From Flammeovirgaceae bacterium (GTDB lineage Bacteria > Bacteroidota > Bacteroidia > Cytophagales > Flammeovirgaceae), in contig CBDATB010000013.1 of NCBI GenBank assembly GCA_965199745.1, positions 511,438-535,437 on the forward strand: DNA of 24,000 nucleotides, written 5' to 3'. Under the pieces are notes generated by a model. The model saw only the letters and a program-made list of their open reading frames with translations. It ran no database searches and was not told the origin of the DNA. Below are positions 5,531 through 15,465 of the stretch, in pieces. The position numbers and the translations under genes were made by a program. Every line of letters begins with the position of its first letter. The first letter of the stretch is position 1.

Positions 5531-7786
5531 ATGAAGACATATAAAATACACCTGAGCGGACGCGTACAAGGTGTTGGTTTTCGCCCTTTTATCTATCGTT
5601 TGGCACTTGCTCATCAACTGGTGGGTAGGGTATCAAATGCTGCTTGTGGAGTAGTCATATATGTAAATACAAAAAAACCTGAGGTAGATCTTTTTCTGGA
5701 AGATGTTTTCAAGAAAAAACCTAAAGCATCATTCATTACATCACAATTGATAGAAGAAGTACCGTTTATAAAGTTCGCCGACTTCCAAATTGGTCGCTCA
5801 GAAGCTGCATCTGACATTCACATTCCACTAACACCTGACTTTGCCATTTGCAACGAATGCAAAGCCGACATTTCAAACCCAGAGAACAGGCGTTTTAATT
5901 ATGCCTTCACAACCTGTACACAATGCGGACCTCGCTACGCTATCAGTAAACAATATCCTTTTGAACGACGCCATACATCTGTCTCATCATTTCAGATGTG
6001 TTTATCTTGTGCTAGCGAATACGCTACTCCTTTGGATCGTCGCTTTCATGCCCAAACCATCAGCTGTCAGGCGTGTGGTATGCAATTGCAATTAACAAGT
6101 GTTTCTAAAAAAATACCTGAACCTGAGCAAAGGCAGGTACTGAAAAAAGTTACTGAACTGATAAAAAACGGCCACATCGTTGCTGTCAAAGGTACCAATG
6201 GCTACTTGTTGATTTGCGATGCAAAAAATACTCGTACTATTAACAGACTACGGCAAAAAAAACAACGCCCTCACAAACCTTTTGCCCTACTGTATCCCGC
6301 TATCGAACGGGTTGAAAATGATTTTTATATTTCCGAACGGGAGAAAAATACATTACAATCTGATGTTTCGCCCATAGTCATCTTGCAAAATAACAAAACC
6401 GGGACACTTTCCGAAAATATATCCCCGAATATTAGCCAAACAGGAGTGATGCTACCTTCATCGGCTTTACTTCATATTTTAATGAGTGAACTACAACAAC
6501 CCGTCATAGCAACCAGTGGAAATAGCCATGATTCACCTATTATTTCAAACCCACAAGATGCTGAAAGACACCTCGCTCACATCGCAGACTATTTTTTGCA
6601 TCACAACTTGGAAATCGTTTTTCCACAAGACGACTCACTGGTGAAATTTGCTGGTAACCGACAAATCGTCTTACGTCGTTCAAGGGGTTTAGCTCCTAGC
6701 CATATAAATATTACGGTGGCAAGCAGCCAGGCAATTTTAGCGATGGGTGCTCAACTGAAAAGTACTTTTACTTACATGCTCAACCACCATGTATATACCA
6801 GTCAATATTTCGGAAATTTAGATAATTTCTATGTATTTGAGCGTTATAGAACAACTTTGGAAAACTACTTTAAACTTTTCAAACAGTATCCGCAGACAAT
6901 CCTTACAGACACACATGAGCAATATCAGAGCAGTATTTTCGGAAAGGAATTAGCACAACAATACAATATTCCCGTTGTAAAAATTCAACACCATCAAGCG
7001 CATTTTGCAAGTGTATTGGGTGAACATCAACTTTTTAATCGAAAAGAAAAAATAATCGGTGTTGTATGGGATGGTATGGCTTTGGGAGAAGACGGGCAGC
7101 TGTGGGGAGGTGAGTTTTTTATTTATCATAGCGGTCATATGGCACGATATACTCATTTTGAATATTTTGATTGGATTGCTGGCGACAAAATGTCAAAAGA
7201 ACCCAGGCTCTGTTTATTAAGCCTTTTGAGCGAACAATCTAGGAATCATATCCGATCTAAGTTTACCGAAATCGAATGGAAAAATTATGCTCAACTGCTT
7301 AATAAAAATAAAAGCACACTGAAAACATCATCGGTTGGACGCTTATTTGATGCAGTTGCTTCCTTATTAAATCTGGTTGATTTTAATACTTTTGAAGGGG
7401 AAGCCGGCTTGTTGGTAGAAAACCTTGCCGGCACTTATACCGAAGGCGACTATATCGACTTTCTTTCGGAAGAAAGCTATCAAAAAATCCCTTCCCGTGT
7501 GTTAATACAAAAGATGCTTGACGCCCGGATGGCAGGATGTTCAATTGAACAAATAGCAGCAAGCTTTATTTTTACATTAGTCAGTTGTATTGCCGATATT
7601 GCAAAAAAACAACAGGTCAAAACCGTTGTTTGCTCAGGCGGAATTTTTCAAAATTCAGTAATTATCTCGATGCTATTGAGTGTTTTTCAAAAAATAGGCG
7701 TAGATTTGAAAACAAACCGTAACATGGCTTCAAACGACGAAAACATCTCTTTCGGACAATTAACGCATTACCTTCATACCAAATAA
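5531..7786 (+). CDS. hypF: Carbamoyltransferase HypF
   Basis: N-terminal acylphosphatase domain ([11 protein letters not shown]). Two zinc-finger pairs: CNEC...CTQCGPRY and CLSC...CQACG. These are followed by YrdC-like and Kae1-like regions. Length is 751 aa. Confidence 0.95.
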   Translation: MKTYKIHLSGRVQGVGFRPFIYRLALAHQLVGRVSNAACGVVIYVNTKKPEVDLFLEDVFKKKPKASFITSQLIEEVPFIKFADFQIGRSEAASDIHIPLTPDFAICNECKADISNPENRRFNYAFTTCTQCGPRYAISKQYPFERRHTSVSSFQMCLSCASEYATPLDRRFHAQTISCQACGMQLQLTSVSKKIPEPEQRQVLKKVTELIKNGHIVAVKGTNGYLLICDAKNTRTINRLRQKKQRPHKPFALLYPAIERVENDFYISEREKNTLQSDVSPIVILQNNKTGTLSENISPNISQTGVMLPSSALLHILMSELQQPVIATSGNSHDSPIISNPQDAERHLAHIADYFLHHNLEIVFPQDDSLVKFAGNRQIVLRRSRGLAPSHINITVASSQAILAMGAQLKSTFTYMLNHHVYTSQYFGNLDNFYVFERYRTTLENYFKLFKQYPQTILTDTHEQYQSSIFGKELAQQYNIPVVKIQHHQAHFASVLGEHQLFNRKEKIIGVVWDGMALGEDGQLWGGEFFIYHSGHMARYTHFEYFDWIAGDKMSKEPRLCLLSLLSEQSRNHIRSKFTEIEWKNYAQLLNKNKSTLKTSSVGRLFDAVASLLNLVDFNTFEGEAGLLVENLAGTYTEGDYIDFLSEESYQKIPSRVLIQKMLDARMAGCSIEQIAASFIFTLVSCIADIAKKQQVKTVVCSGGIFQNSVIISMLLSVFQKIGVDLKTNRNMASNDENISFGQLTHYLHTK

Positions 7787-7788
7787 CT

Positions 7789-8886
7789 ATGAAATACCTG
7801 TCGGAATACAGAGACCCAGACCTCGTTAGGCAATATCTTCGGGAAATTACTAAAACAGTTACTCAGCCCTGGTCTGTCATGGAAGTTTGCGGGGGACAAA
7901 CGCATAGCCTGGTTAAAAATGGCATTATTGAAATGCTCCCCAAAGAAATTACCATGATCCACGGACCGGGCTGTCCGGTTTGTGTTACTTCATTAACATT
8001 AATAGACAAAGCTATTTATTTAGCAACTCATCAAAATACGATTCTCTGCTCGTTTGGAGATATGCTGCGAGTACCTGGTTCCAAAAAAAGCTTGCTCGAA
8101 GCCAAAGCAGAGGGAGCAGATGTACGCATTCTGTATTCTCCGCTCGAAGCCGTTAAAATTGCATCGGAAAACACTGATAAGGAAGTGATATTTTTTGCAG
8201 TAGGCTTTGAAACTACTGCCCCTGCCAACGCACTTTCTGTGGTTCATGCCTATAGTAAAGGGTTAAAAAACTACTCTATATTGGCTTCCCATGTGCTAGT
8301 ACCTCCGGCAATGGAAGCAGTGATTGCCGATGAAGAAAGCAAAATAGACGGATTCCTTGCTGCTGGACACGTGTGTACAGTAATGGGAAACTCCGAATAC
8401 TACCCCATCAGTGCAGCATACCGGGTGCCTATTGTGGTAACGGGCTTTGAACCTTTGGACATTTTACAGGGTATTCTCATGGTCGTTCGCCAGTTAGAGC
8501 AAAAGCAAGCAAAAGTAGAAAATCAATATGTGAGAATTGTACGTGATACTGGCAATACAGAGGCGCAAAATATTATCGGCGAGGTATTTGAAGTACAGCA
8601 CCAAACATGGCGTGGAATCGGTGAAATTCCCGATAGCGGCTATGGTATCAAAGCAAAATATGCAGCTTTTGATGCTGGCAAGAAATTTCAGGTAGCCATT
8701 CAGGATGCTTTAGAAAATCCTGAGTGCATTTCCGGACAAATTATGAAAGGAATTAAAAAGCCTCACGAATGTTCACAGTTTGGTAAAAAATGCACACCTA
8801 GTACGCCTGTGGGTGCTCCTATGGTCAGTAGTGAAGGAGCTTGTGCAGCATACTATCATTTTTCAAACTTGCCACAGGCTTTGTAA
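7789..8886 (+). CDS. hypD: Hydrogenase maturation protein HypD
   Basis: [14 protein letters not shown] and GFETT motifs plus a C-terminal Cys-rich Fe-S motif (PECISG...[10 protein letters not shown]...GACAAYY). Length is 365 aa. Confidence 0.95.
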   Translation: MKYLSEYRDPDLVRQYLREITKTVTQPWSVMEVCGGQTHSLVKNGIIEMLPKEITMIHGPGCPVCVTSLTLIDKAIYLATHQNTILCSFGDMLRVPGSKKSLLEAKAEGADVRILYSPLEAVKIASENTDKEVIFFAVGFETTAPANALSVVHAYSKGLKNYSILASHVLVPPAMEAVIADEESKIDGFLAAGHVCTVMGNSEYYPISAAYRVPIVVTGFEPLDILQGILMVVRQLEQKQAKVENQYVRIVRDTGNTEAQNIIGEVFEVQHQTWRGIGEIPDSGYGIKAKYAAFDAGKKFQVAIQDALENPECISGQIMKGIKKPHECSQFGKKCTPSTPVGAPMVSSEGACAAYYHFSNLPQAL

Positions 8887-8887
8887 A

Positions 8888-9948
8888 ATGACATACGATA
8901 AAAAAATAAGAATCGACCCTCACTGTCCTATGCCAAAACTGGACTTCGATATGATTACCTTGGGGCATGGAAGTGGAGGCGTATTAACTAATAAGCTATT
9001 GGACAGCAGCATTTTCGACCTGTTAAATAATGAAATCCTAAACGAACGCCAAGATAGTGCCTTTTTGAACTTAACGGGAAAAACAGCTTTTTCTACCGAT
9101 AGCTTTTTAGTGTCTCCTGTTTTTTTCCCCGGAGGAGACATCGGAGAACTCGCTATTAACGGCACCGTAAACGATTTGGCGATGTGTGGTGCTTCTCCAA
9201 AGTATATAGCCTTAAGTTTTATCCTTGAAGAAGGATTGAAGATGAGTGAATTTTGGAAAATTCTGGTGTCAATAAAATCAGCTTGTCTTCGATCGGGAGT
9301 GCAAGTTGTAACGGGTGATACGAAAGTAGTTGAAAAAGGGAAAGGAGAAAAAATCTTTATTAATACTTCCGGGCTGGGAACTGTTCATCCAAAATCTTAT
9401 ATTCATCCAAAAACGTAAAAGTTGGTGATAAGATTATTGTAAACGGAAAAATTGCTGCCCATGGGATGGCGATTATGTCTGTACGAGAGGGGCTGGAATT
9501 TGAGTCAGAAATATCGAGTGATACAAATAATCTCAACCATACGGTTATCTCACTTATCGAAAAATTTAAAAAAGATGTTCATTTTCTTACCGACCCCACC
9601 AGGGGTGGAGTAGCTACTGTTTTGAATGAACTTTGCCAAAGTTGCCATTTTGGCATCGAGCTTTTCCAAAGTACAATTCCTATTGATGAACAAGTGGCAA
9701 GTGCCTGTGAGTTGTTGGGACTTGACCCTTTATATGTAGCCAATGAGGGGCTATTTTTAAGTGTTGTACCTCACAAAATTGCCGATCAATATGTAGAAGC
9801 CTTGCAAGAAGATAATAATGGAAAATATGCTAGTATCATCGGTACTGTGGTTAAGCAACATCCGAAACAGGTTATCTTAAAAAGTAAGATAGGGGGTACC
9901 CGAATAGTCTCTATGTTGCCGGGAGAACAGTTGCCTAGGATTTGTTAA
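8888..9948 (+). pseudogene. hypE: HypE (carbamoyl dehydratase), reading frame broken by an apparent 1-nt deletion
   Basis: ATG at 8888 gives MTYDKKIRIDPHCPMP...ITLGHGSGG...FINTSGLG, then a premature TAA at 9416-9418. The -1 frame continues KNVKVGDKIIVNGKIAAHGMAIMSVREGLEFE... to the canonical C-terminus PRIC* at 9948. The shift must lie within 9382-9415, most simply in the A5 run at 9409-9413. 1061 nt plus 1 gives 354 codons. Confidence 0.85.
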
Positions 9949-10103
9949 ATAGATTACAAGCTGGAATGAGCGTTTACTACTTCGAACTTGATTCGCTGAG
10001 TGGGCAAACCAGCCGGTAGCAGTGCTAAGGAGATGTTTTTATCAATAATTTGTCTGGCAATAATCATCTTTGCTTATTTTTCTCTACTAATTTACTTTAC
10101 TGG

Positions 10104-10422
10104 TTATCCTTTCCATTTCCAAGTATTATCTACCAAATCATAATCCACAATTTTTGCTCTGTTTATCAAATCTGTATCCTCCACTTTTTCATCCATTGTC
10201 CAATAATAGTTTTCATCTAATTGTAGTAATAACCTTCTCTTGTGTAAGAGAATGCTTTAAACCCTTTTTCTCTAATAAATTGGGCTATTTTACTAAACTC
10301 CTCCTACCCACCTTATTTAAAACAACATATTCGTGTGGAGCTTTGTTGGCATAGGTTTTTGCAAAAACCCAAGAAAACTGATTAACAAAGTTTCTAAAAC
10401 GGCTTTCTGTATATGGGTACAT
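10104..10422 (-). pseudogene. Small conserved-looking hypothetical gene (about 106 codons) directly downstream of ribF, broken by two frame disruptions
   Basis: Three frame segments on the minus strand read sensibly when joined. The first is MYPYTESRFRNFVNQFSWVFAKTYANKAPHEYVVLNKVG. The second is EEFSKIAQFIREKGFKAFSYTREGYYY. The third is QLDENYYWTMDEKVEDTDLINRAKIVDYDLVDNTWKWKG*. Breaks lie near 10300 and 10220. Family not recognised. Confidence 0.45.
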
Positions 10423-10432
10423 ATTTTTGTAG

Positions 10433-11362
10433 TTATTTAGTAAAAAAAGCGATGACTTTTTGTTTATCACGGGCAATATTTTCTTTTAATAATTGTATAC
10501 TTGAAAACTTTTGCTCCTCGCGTATATACGCTTCAAAACGCACAATCACCTCTTGCTGATAAATATCTTGATCGAAGGCAAAAATATTGACTTCTAAAGA
10601 TTTTGTCAGACTTGCCGAAATGGTTGGGTTATTACCAATATTCATCATCCCCCGATACCAGCATCCTTTGTAGTGTATGCTCACGGCATAAATACCATCG
10701 CGGGGTATGAGTTTGCTTGCTTCACTCACTACTATATTAGCAGTAGGAAAACCAATTTTTCTGCCTATTTGCCTGCCCTTTACAACAACTCCGTGAATTG
10801 TATAAGACCTGCCCAGATAGTTGGCTGCCACGTCAAGTTTTCCTTCTGAGAGTGCTCGCCTGATTTTACTTGAACTTACGCCGACGGCATCTATCTCTTG
10901 TTTGGGAATTTCTTCCACACTAAAACCAAATTTCCAAGCATGTTTTTTCAAATACTCAAAACTGCCTTCTCTATTTCTGCCGAAACGGTGATCATAGCCA
11001 ATCACTAGCTTTTGTATGCTGAGTTTTTTTACTAATATGTTTTTAATAAAATCAGAAGGTTCAATATTTGCAAAGTTTTTATCGAAAGGAATAATGAGCA
11101 GGTGATCGATGGAGTATTCTGCTAACAGTGCTATTTTTTCTGATAAGTCTGATAATAATGTACACGAATTGTCGGGTTGGAGTACAGCACGTGGGTGGGG
11201 CCAAAAAGTGATTACCACACTCGTGCATTTGGTTTGTTCAGCTATTTCCTCTAAGCGATGAATAATGCGCTGATGACCGTAATGAACGCCATCAAAAGAA
11301 CCGATAGTAACAACTGTATTAGTGATATTTCCAAATACTTCCAAACCGTGATAAACGTTCAT
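10433..11362 (-). CDS. ribF: Bifunctional riboflavin kinase / FMN adenylyltransferase
   Basis: N-terminal TIGSFDGVHYGHQ nucleotidyltransferase motif, a C-terminal riboflavin kinase region (GFPTAN...) and a length of 309 aa. Confidence 0.9.
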   Translation of the reverse strand: MNVYHGLEVFGNITNTVVTIGSFDGVHYGHQRIIHRLEEIAEQTKCTSVVITFWPHPRAVLQPDNSCTLLSDLSEKIALLAEYSIDHLLIIPFDKNFANIEPSDFIKNILVKKLSIQKLVIGYDHRFGRNREGSFEYLKKHAWKFGFSVEEIPKQEIDAVGVSSSKIRRALSEGKLDVAANYLGRSYTIHGVVVKGRQIGRKIGFPTANIVVSEASKLIPRDGIYAVSIHYKGCWYRGMMNIGNNPTISASLTKSLEVNIFAFDQDIYQQEVIVRFEAYIREEQKFSSIQLLKENIARDKQKVIAFFTK

Positions 11363-11535
11363 GGGGGTGTTTGTTAATAAGTAGTGAGTTGTCTATCGTA
11401 AAACCAAAGTACTTGCAAAGTAAGTACGCTTTCAACTTATTTCATAAAAAAAATTATAACAACGCGTGAAAATACTCGTGCCTATCCGATCCGGGTCGAT
11501 ATAAATTATTGAGTTTCTGAAAAAAGTTTTTTTTA

Positions 11536-11543
11536 TACCTTTG
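11536..11543 (+). promoter_or_regulatory. TAnnTTTG (-7-like) motif upstream of ORF 11619
   Basis: TACCTTTG read directly. This is a motif match only. Confidence 0.25.
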
Positions 11544-11618
11544 TATTAGTTAGTTTAGCTCTACTACAGGTATCTTAAAAAATGCTTTTAAGCGTATTAC
11601 TCGGTAAAAATATAAACC

Positions 11619-11879
11619 ATGAAGGCATTTCAATATAAAAACTTACTGAAGACAGGTCTAGGCGAAAAAGCTATTGAAATATTAGATGGAGTATTTCAGA
11701 GCAAAGAAGAATCTTTAGCAAACAAACAAGGCCTAATCCATGCAGAAGCAACTGTAGGGCAAGAGCTAAAAACAACAGATATTAAGCTACAAACAGAGAT
11801 GAAAGAAACAAAACTAATATTTTTCTTTCTCCCTATCTACATAGCTCTGATTATTCCTAATCGTAAGAAAAGCTATTAA
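11619..11879 (+). CDS. Hypothetical small protein with a coiled-coil-like region and a hydrophobic C-terminus
   Basis: 86-aa ORF in an otherwise empty intergenic region. Its composition loosely resembles small coiled-coil plus C-terminal-TM proteins. No strong motif. Confidence 0.3.
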   Translation: MKAFQYKNLLKTGLGEKAIEILDGVFQSKEESLANKQGLIHAEATVGQELKTTDIKLQTEMKETKLIFFFLPIYIALIIPNRKKSY

Positions 11880-11921
11880 AATTTTATCATAAAAACATAC
11901 CAAAAATAATTTTTAGCACTA

Positions 11922-13194
11922 ATGGATGTACTTCTGGGCTTACAATGGGGCGATGAGGGCAAAGGAAAAATAGTAGACTACCTCGCACCGAAATACGATT
12001 TAATTACCCGCTTTCAAGGAGGTCCTAATGCAGGACACACATTGGTATTTAACGGTAAAAAATTTGTCCTCCATCAAATTCCTTCCGGAGTATTTCACCC
12101 TAAAATAAAAAATGTTATCGGTAATGGCGTAGTCCTAGATCCTATAACACTGATGAGAGAAACAGAGATGCTTGCAATGAGTGGGGTGCCTGTTGTGTCT
12201 CGTCTGTATATTTCCAAAAAGGCTCACATCATTATACCGACCCACCGCTTGCTCGATGCCGCCTATGAACAACATAAAGGAGACCACAAAATTGGCTCAA
12301 CGCTAAAAGGTGTTGGTCCTGTATACAGCGATAAAATTGGCCGGCAAGGTTTGGCGTATAGGCGATATGTTACAGGCTGATTTTAAAATTAGATACCAAA
12401 GCCTAAAGGAAAAACACCTGAGAATATTAGGTGGCTATCAGCATCCTTTACATGAACTTGCCGAGCTTGAAAAGACGTTTATGAAAGCTGTTGATTATAT
12501 GAAAAACTTACAGATCGTCGATAGCGAGTATCTCCTATTTCGAGAAATTAAGCAAGAAAAGAATATTCTGGCAGAAGGTGCTCAAGGTAGCTTACTTGAC
12601 GTAGATTTTGGCTCTTATCCTTTTGTTACTAGTTCTAATACTTTTAGCGCTGCTGCTAGTGTAGGGCTAGGTATTCCTCCGCAACAAATAAAAGAAACCT
12701 TCGGTATTTTTAAGGCTTATTGCACTAGAGTAGGCAGCGGTCCATTTCCAACCGAGCTGCACAATGAAATAGGAAAAAAACTACAAGATGCAGGTAGCGA
12801 ATACGGTGCCACTACGGGAAGACCTCGCCGCTGTGGTTGGCTCGATTTGCCTGCACTAAAGTATGCCGTAATGATTAATGGCATCACGCAGCTTTTTATG
12901 ATGAAGGCCGACGTACTCAACCACTTTAAAACTCTCCGTATATGCACTAAATATCGCCTGCTAAACGGAACGCTTACCGATCAACTGCCATACGAGTTGA
13001 CAGATGAAAACATCCAACCGGTTTACCGAGATTTTGAGGGCTGGAATTGTACGCTGAATCAGGTGAAAACTTTTGAAAATTTTCCAACTCAGCTGCTCTG
13101 CTATATTAATTTTATAGAAGAACAAACCGGCGTCCCAATTACCATTCTTTCTACTGGCCCCGATAGAGAACAGACTATTTTTAAATCATCATAA
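11922..13194 (+). pseudogene. purA: Adenylosuccinate synthetase, reading frame broken by an apparent 1-nt insertion
   Basis: The N-terminal part LGLQWGDEGKGKIVD...GPNAGHT runs to ...DKIGRQGL, then terminates out of frame at 12380. The +1 frame continues RIGDMLQADF...GATTGRPRRCGWLD... to 13194. The junction is at TTGGCG (12351-12356). Removing one G restores GRQGLRIGDML. 1273 nt minus 1 gives 424 codons. Confidence 0.9.
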
Positions 13195-13305
13195 ACTACC
13201 GCCAACAAAAGATAAAGGTTATTTATGCTAAAGTTATAGTCCTTCTCAAAATTTTCATAGTTTTACTTCTTAAAAACTATTTATCACTCATAACCCAAAA
13301 ATAAA

Positions 13306-14661
13306 ATGAAAAAAATTACACTCACCGAGCAGGAAATACCTGATAAGTGGTATAATATTATAGCAGACATGCCCAATAAGCCCCTACCTCCTATTAATCC
13401 AGCAACAAAAGAGCCTATCGGACCCGAAGCACTGGCACCGATCTTTCCGATGGAACTTATTAAGCAAGAGGTAAGCACTGAAACGTGGATAGATATTCCC
13501 GATGAGGTAAGACATATTTACAAACTGTGGCGACCTAGCCCTTTATACCGTGCTAGCGGGTTTGAAAAAGCACTGGATACGCAGTGTAAAATATTTTATA
13601 AGTACGAAGGGGTAAGCCCGGCAGGCTCACATAAACCTAATACTGCCGTAGCGCAAGCTTATTACAATAAGCAGCAAAACATCAAACGTATCACTACTGA
13701 AACCGGTGCAGGGCAATGGGGCAGTGCGCTGAGCTTTGCCTGTCAGCATTTCGGTATTGACTTGGAGGTGTATATGGTAAAAATCAGTTTTGAGCAAAAG
13801 CCCTATCGCAAAACAATGATGAATACTTGGGGTGCTCAGGTAGTTGCTTCGCCAAGCAACCGAACGGCAGCAGGAAGAAAAATCTTATCTGAAAACCCGA
13901 ACTCCACTGGTAGCCTGGGCATTGCCATTTCCGAAGCAATGGAAATTGCTGCTACTCACAACGACACTAAGTATTCGCTGGGTAGCGTACTTAACCATGT
14001 TTTATTACACCAAACCGTAGTGGGGCAAGAAGCTTTAAAACAGATGCAAAAGGCTGGCGAAATGCCCGATATAGTGATCGCTCCTTTCGGCGGAGGTTCT
14101 AATTTTGCCGGACTGAGTTTTCCTTTCTTACGTCTCAATCTTACCGAAGGAAAAAATATCCGTTGCATCGCTAGCGAACCTACCTCCTGCCCAAAACTAA
14201 CCCGTGGGCAGTTTCGCTACGACTTTGGCGATACTATTGGTATGACTCCCCTACTACCTATGTATACACTTGGACATAACTTCGTGCCAGCACCCATCCA
14301 CGCCGGTGGCTTGCGCTATCATGGGGCGGGCGTCATTGTCAGTCAATTATTAAAAGACAAAATCATAGAAGCACAAGCTGTCAATCAGCTTGAGGGCTTT
14401 CAAGCAGGCGTAACTTTTGCACGGTCGGAAGGTATCATTCCTGCACCTGAGGCAAATCACGGCATTGCTAGTGCCATTCGGGAAGCCAAGCAAGCCGATG
14501 AAGCCAACAATAGTAAGACTATATTAATCAATTTATGCGGGCATGGCAACTTTGATATGTCGGCTTATGAGGATTATTTCGCAGGAAATTTGACAGAACA
14601 CGAGCTTTCTCAGCAAGAAGTTGAACAGGCACTAAGTGTACTTGATACACCCGTGATTTAG
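13306..14661 (+). CDS. TrpB-like PLP-dependent enzyme (tryptophan synthase beta chain, TrpB2 type)
   Basis: Length of 451 aa with the extended N-terminus typical of TrpB2. PLP-lysine region SPAGSHKPNTA, plus GGGSN and C-terminal GHG blocks. No other trp genes are adjacent. Confidence 0.85.
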   Translation: MKKITLTEQEIPDKWYNIIADMPNKPLPPINPATKEPIGPEALAPIFPMELIKQEVSTETWIDIPDEVRHIYKLWRPSPLYRASGFEKALDTQCKIFYKYEGVSPAGSHKPNTAVAQAYYNKQQNIKRITTETGAGQWGSALSFACQHFGIDLEVYMVKISFEQKPYRKTMMNTWGAQVVASPSNRTAAGRKILSENPNSTGSLGIAISEAMEIAATHNDTKYSLGSVLNHVLLHQTVVGQEALKQMQKAGEMPDIVIAPFGGGSNFAGLSFPFLRLNLTEGKNIRCIASEPTSCPKLTRGQFRYDFGDTIGMTPLLPMYTLGHNFVPAPIHAGGLRYHGAGVIVSQLLKDKIIEAQAVNQLEGFQAGVTFARSEGIIPAPEANHGIASAIREAKQADEANNSKTILINLCGHGNFDMSAYEDYFAGNLTEHELSQQEVEQALSVLDTPVI

Positions 14662-14664
14662 CGT

Positions 14665-15429
14665 TTAAGCAGTACTGGAAAAATGTAATAGCTTCATCTC
14701 TTGCCCATCGAAAACTGCATAGGTTTGCTTGTTAATCCATTCACCGAGGTTAATATAACAGGAATTTTCGTCCACCGGTACGTCCATAGGGATGTGCCGG
14801 TGACCGAAAATGTAAAAATCGTGGTGCGACTTTTTCTGGGTTTTTTTGGCAAATTGCCATATCCATTCGTTTTCCCCATAGTAAATCTCAGGTTTTTTTA
14901 AATGCTTATGCCAGCTATGTGCTGCCCAAGTAGTGGCAATGCTCATGCCGACAGAAGGATGCAAAAAAGCAAAAAGACGCTGGCATATTTTGTTCCTAAA
15001 TATCTTTTTCAGTATTTTGTAGTGGCAATCTCCTGGACCTAATCCATCGCCGTGTGCCACCATTATTTTTTTATCGTTAATAATAAACACTTGAGGTTTT
15101 CTAAAAATAGATATACCGAGTTCTTCGGTAAAATAGTCGAACATCCACATATCGTGATTGCCAGTAAAAAAAATAACCTTTACTCCCCTATCCACCAGTT
15201 CAGCTAATTTTCCTTGAAAACGGATAAAGCCTTTAGGAATAACCATTTTGTATTCGAACCAGAAATCAAAAATATCACCCACTAGAAAAAGGTAAGCAGC
15301 ATCTTCTTTCAGTTGATCCAGCCAACAGACAATGATTCGTTCCCTTTCTTTTTGAGTGGCTTTTGCTCCTCCCAGATGAAAATCGGAAGCGAAATATACT
15401 TTTTTACGCAAGGGTAGTGTTATTTTCAT
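14665..15429 (-). CDS. lpxH: UDP-2,3-diacylglucosamine diphosphatase (LpxH-type metallophosphoesterase)
   Basis: Calcineurin-like motifs are present: SDFHLG, GDIFDFWFEY, GNHDMW, HGD and GHRH. I prefer the ATG at 15429 over the TTG at 15432 used by the ORF track. Confidence 0.8.
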   Translation of the reverse strand: MKITLPLRKKVYFASDFHLGGAKATQKERERIIVCWLDQLKEDAAYLFLVGDIFDFWFEYKMVIPKGFIRFQGKLAELVDRGVKVIFFTGNHDMWMFDYFTEELGISIFRKPQVFIINDKKIMVAHGDGLGPGDCHYKILKKIFRNKICQRLFAFLHPSVGMSIATTWAAHSWHKHLKKPEIYYGENEWIWQFAKKTQKKSHHDFYIFGHRHIPMDVPVDENSCYINLGEWINKQTYAVFDGQEMKLLHFSSTA

Positions 15430-15465
15430 CAAGCTTTTATCTGTAAAATCTTTCTATTTTTATAC

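Noticed and set aside
5614-7156. ORFs 5614-5817(-), 5841-6095(+) and 6950-7156(-) within hypF
   Set aside because: They are alternative-frame or antisense ORFs inside a 751-aa HypF that carries all of its hallmark motifs.
7774-8247. Minus-strand ORFs 7774-7962, 8020-8247 and 8031-8228
   Set aside because: They are antisense to hypD, which has the [13 protein letters not shown] and GFETT motifs.
8780-8887. Upstream extension of the hypE ORF (track start 8780) overlapping the hypD 3' end
   Set aside because: The extension ([15 protein letters not shown]...) has no HypE similarity. The ATG at 8888, directly after the hypD stop, gives the expected HypE N-terminus.
9409-9413. Programmed -1 ribosomal frameshift in hypE
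   Set aside because: I see no slippery heptamer plus downstream structure, HypE is not known to need recoding, and five other genes in the window carry similar indels. A sequencing error or mutation is the simpler explanation.
10154-10354. 66-aa plus-strand ORF in the hypE-ribF gap
   Set aside because: It is antisense to the better-supported, though frameshifted, minus-strand small gene, and its sequence is low-complexity.
10423-10476. Upstream Met (10476) of the minus-strand ORF 10285-10476
   Set aside because: It would overlap the last 14 codons of ribF. The internal ATG at 10422, just after the ribF stop, is the more plausible start.
13284-14168. Minus-strand ORFs 13284-13478 and 13956-14168
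   Set aside because: They are antisense to the TrpB2-like gene, which has the PLP-lysine motif.
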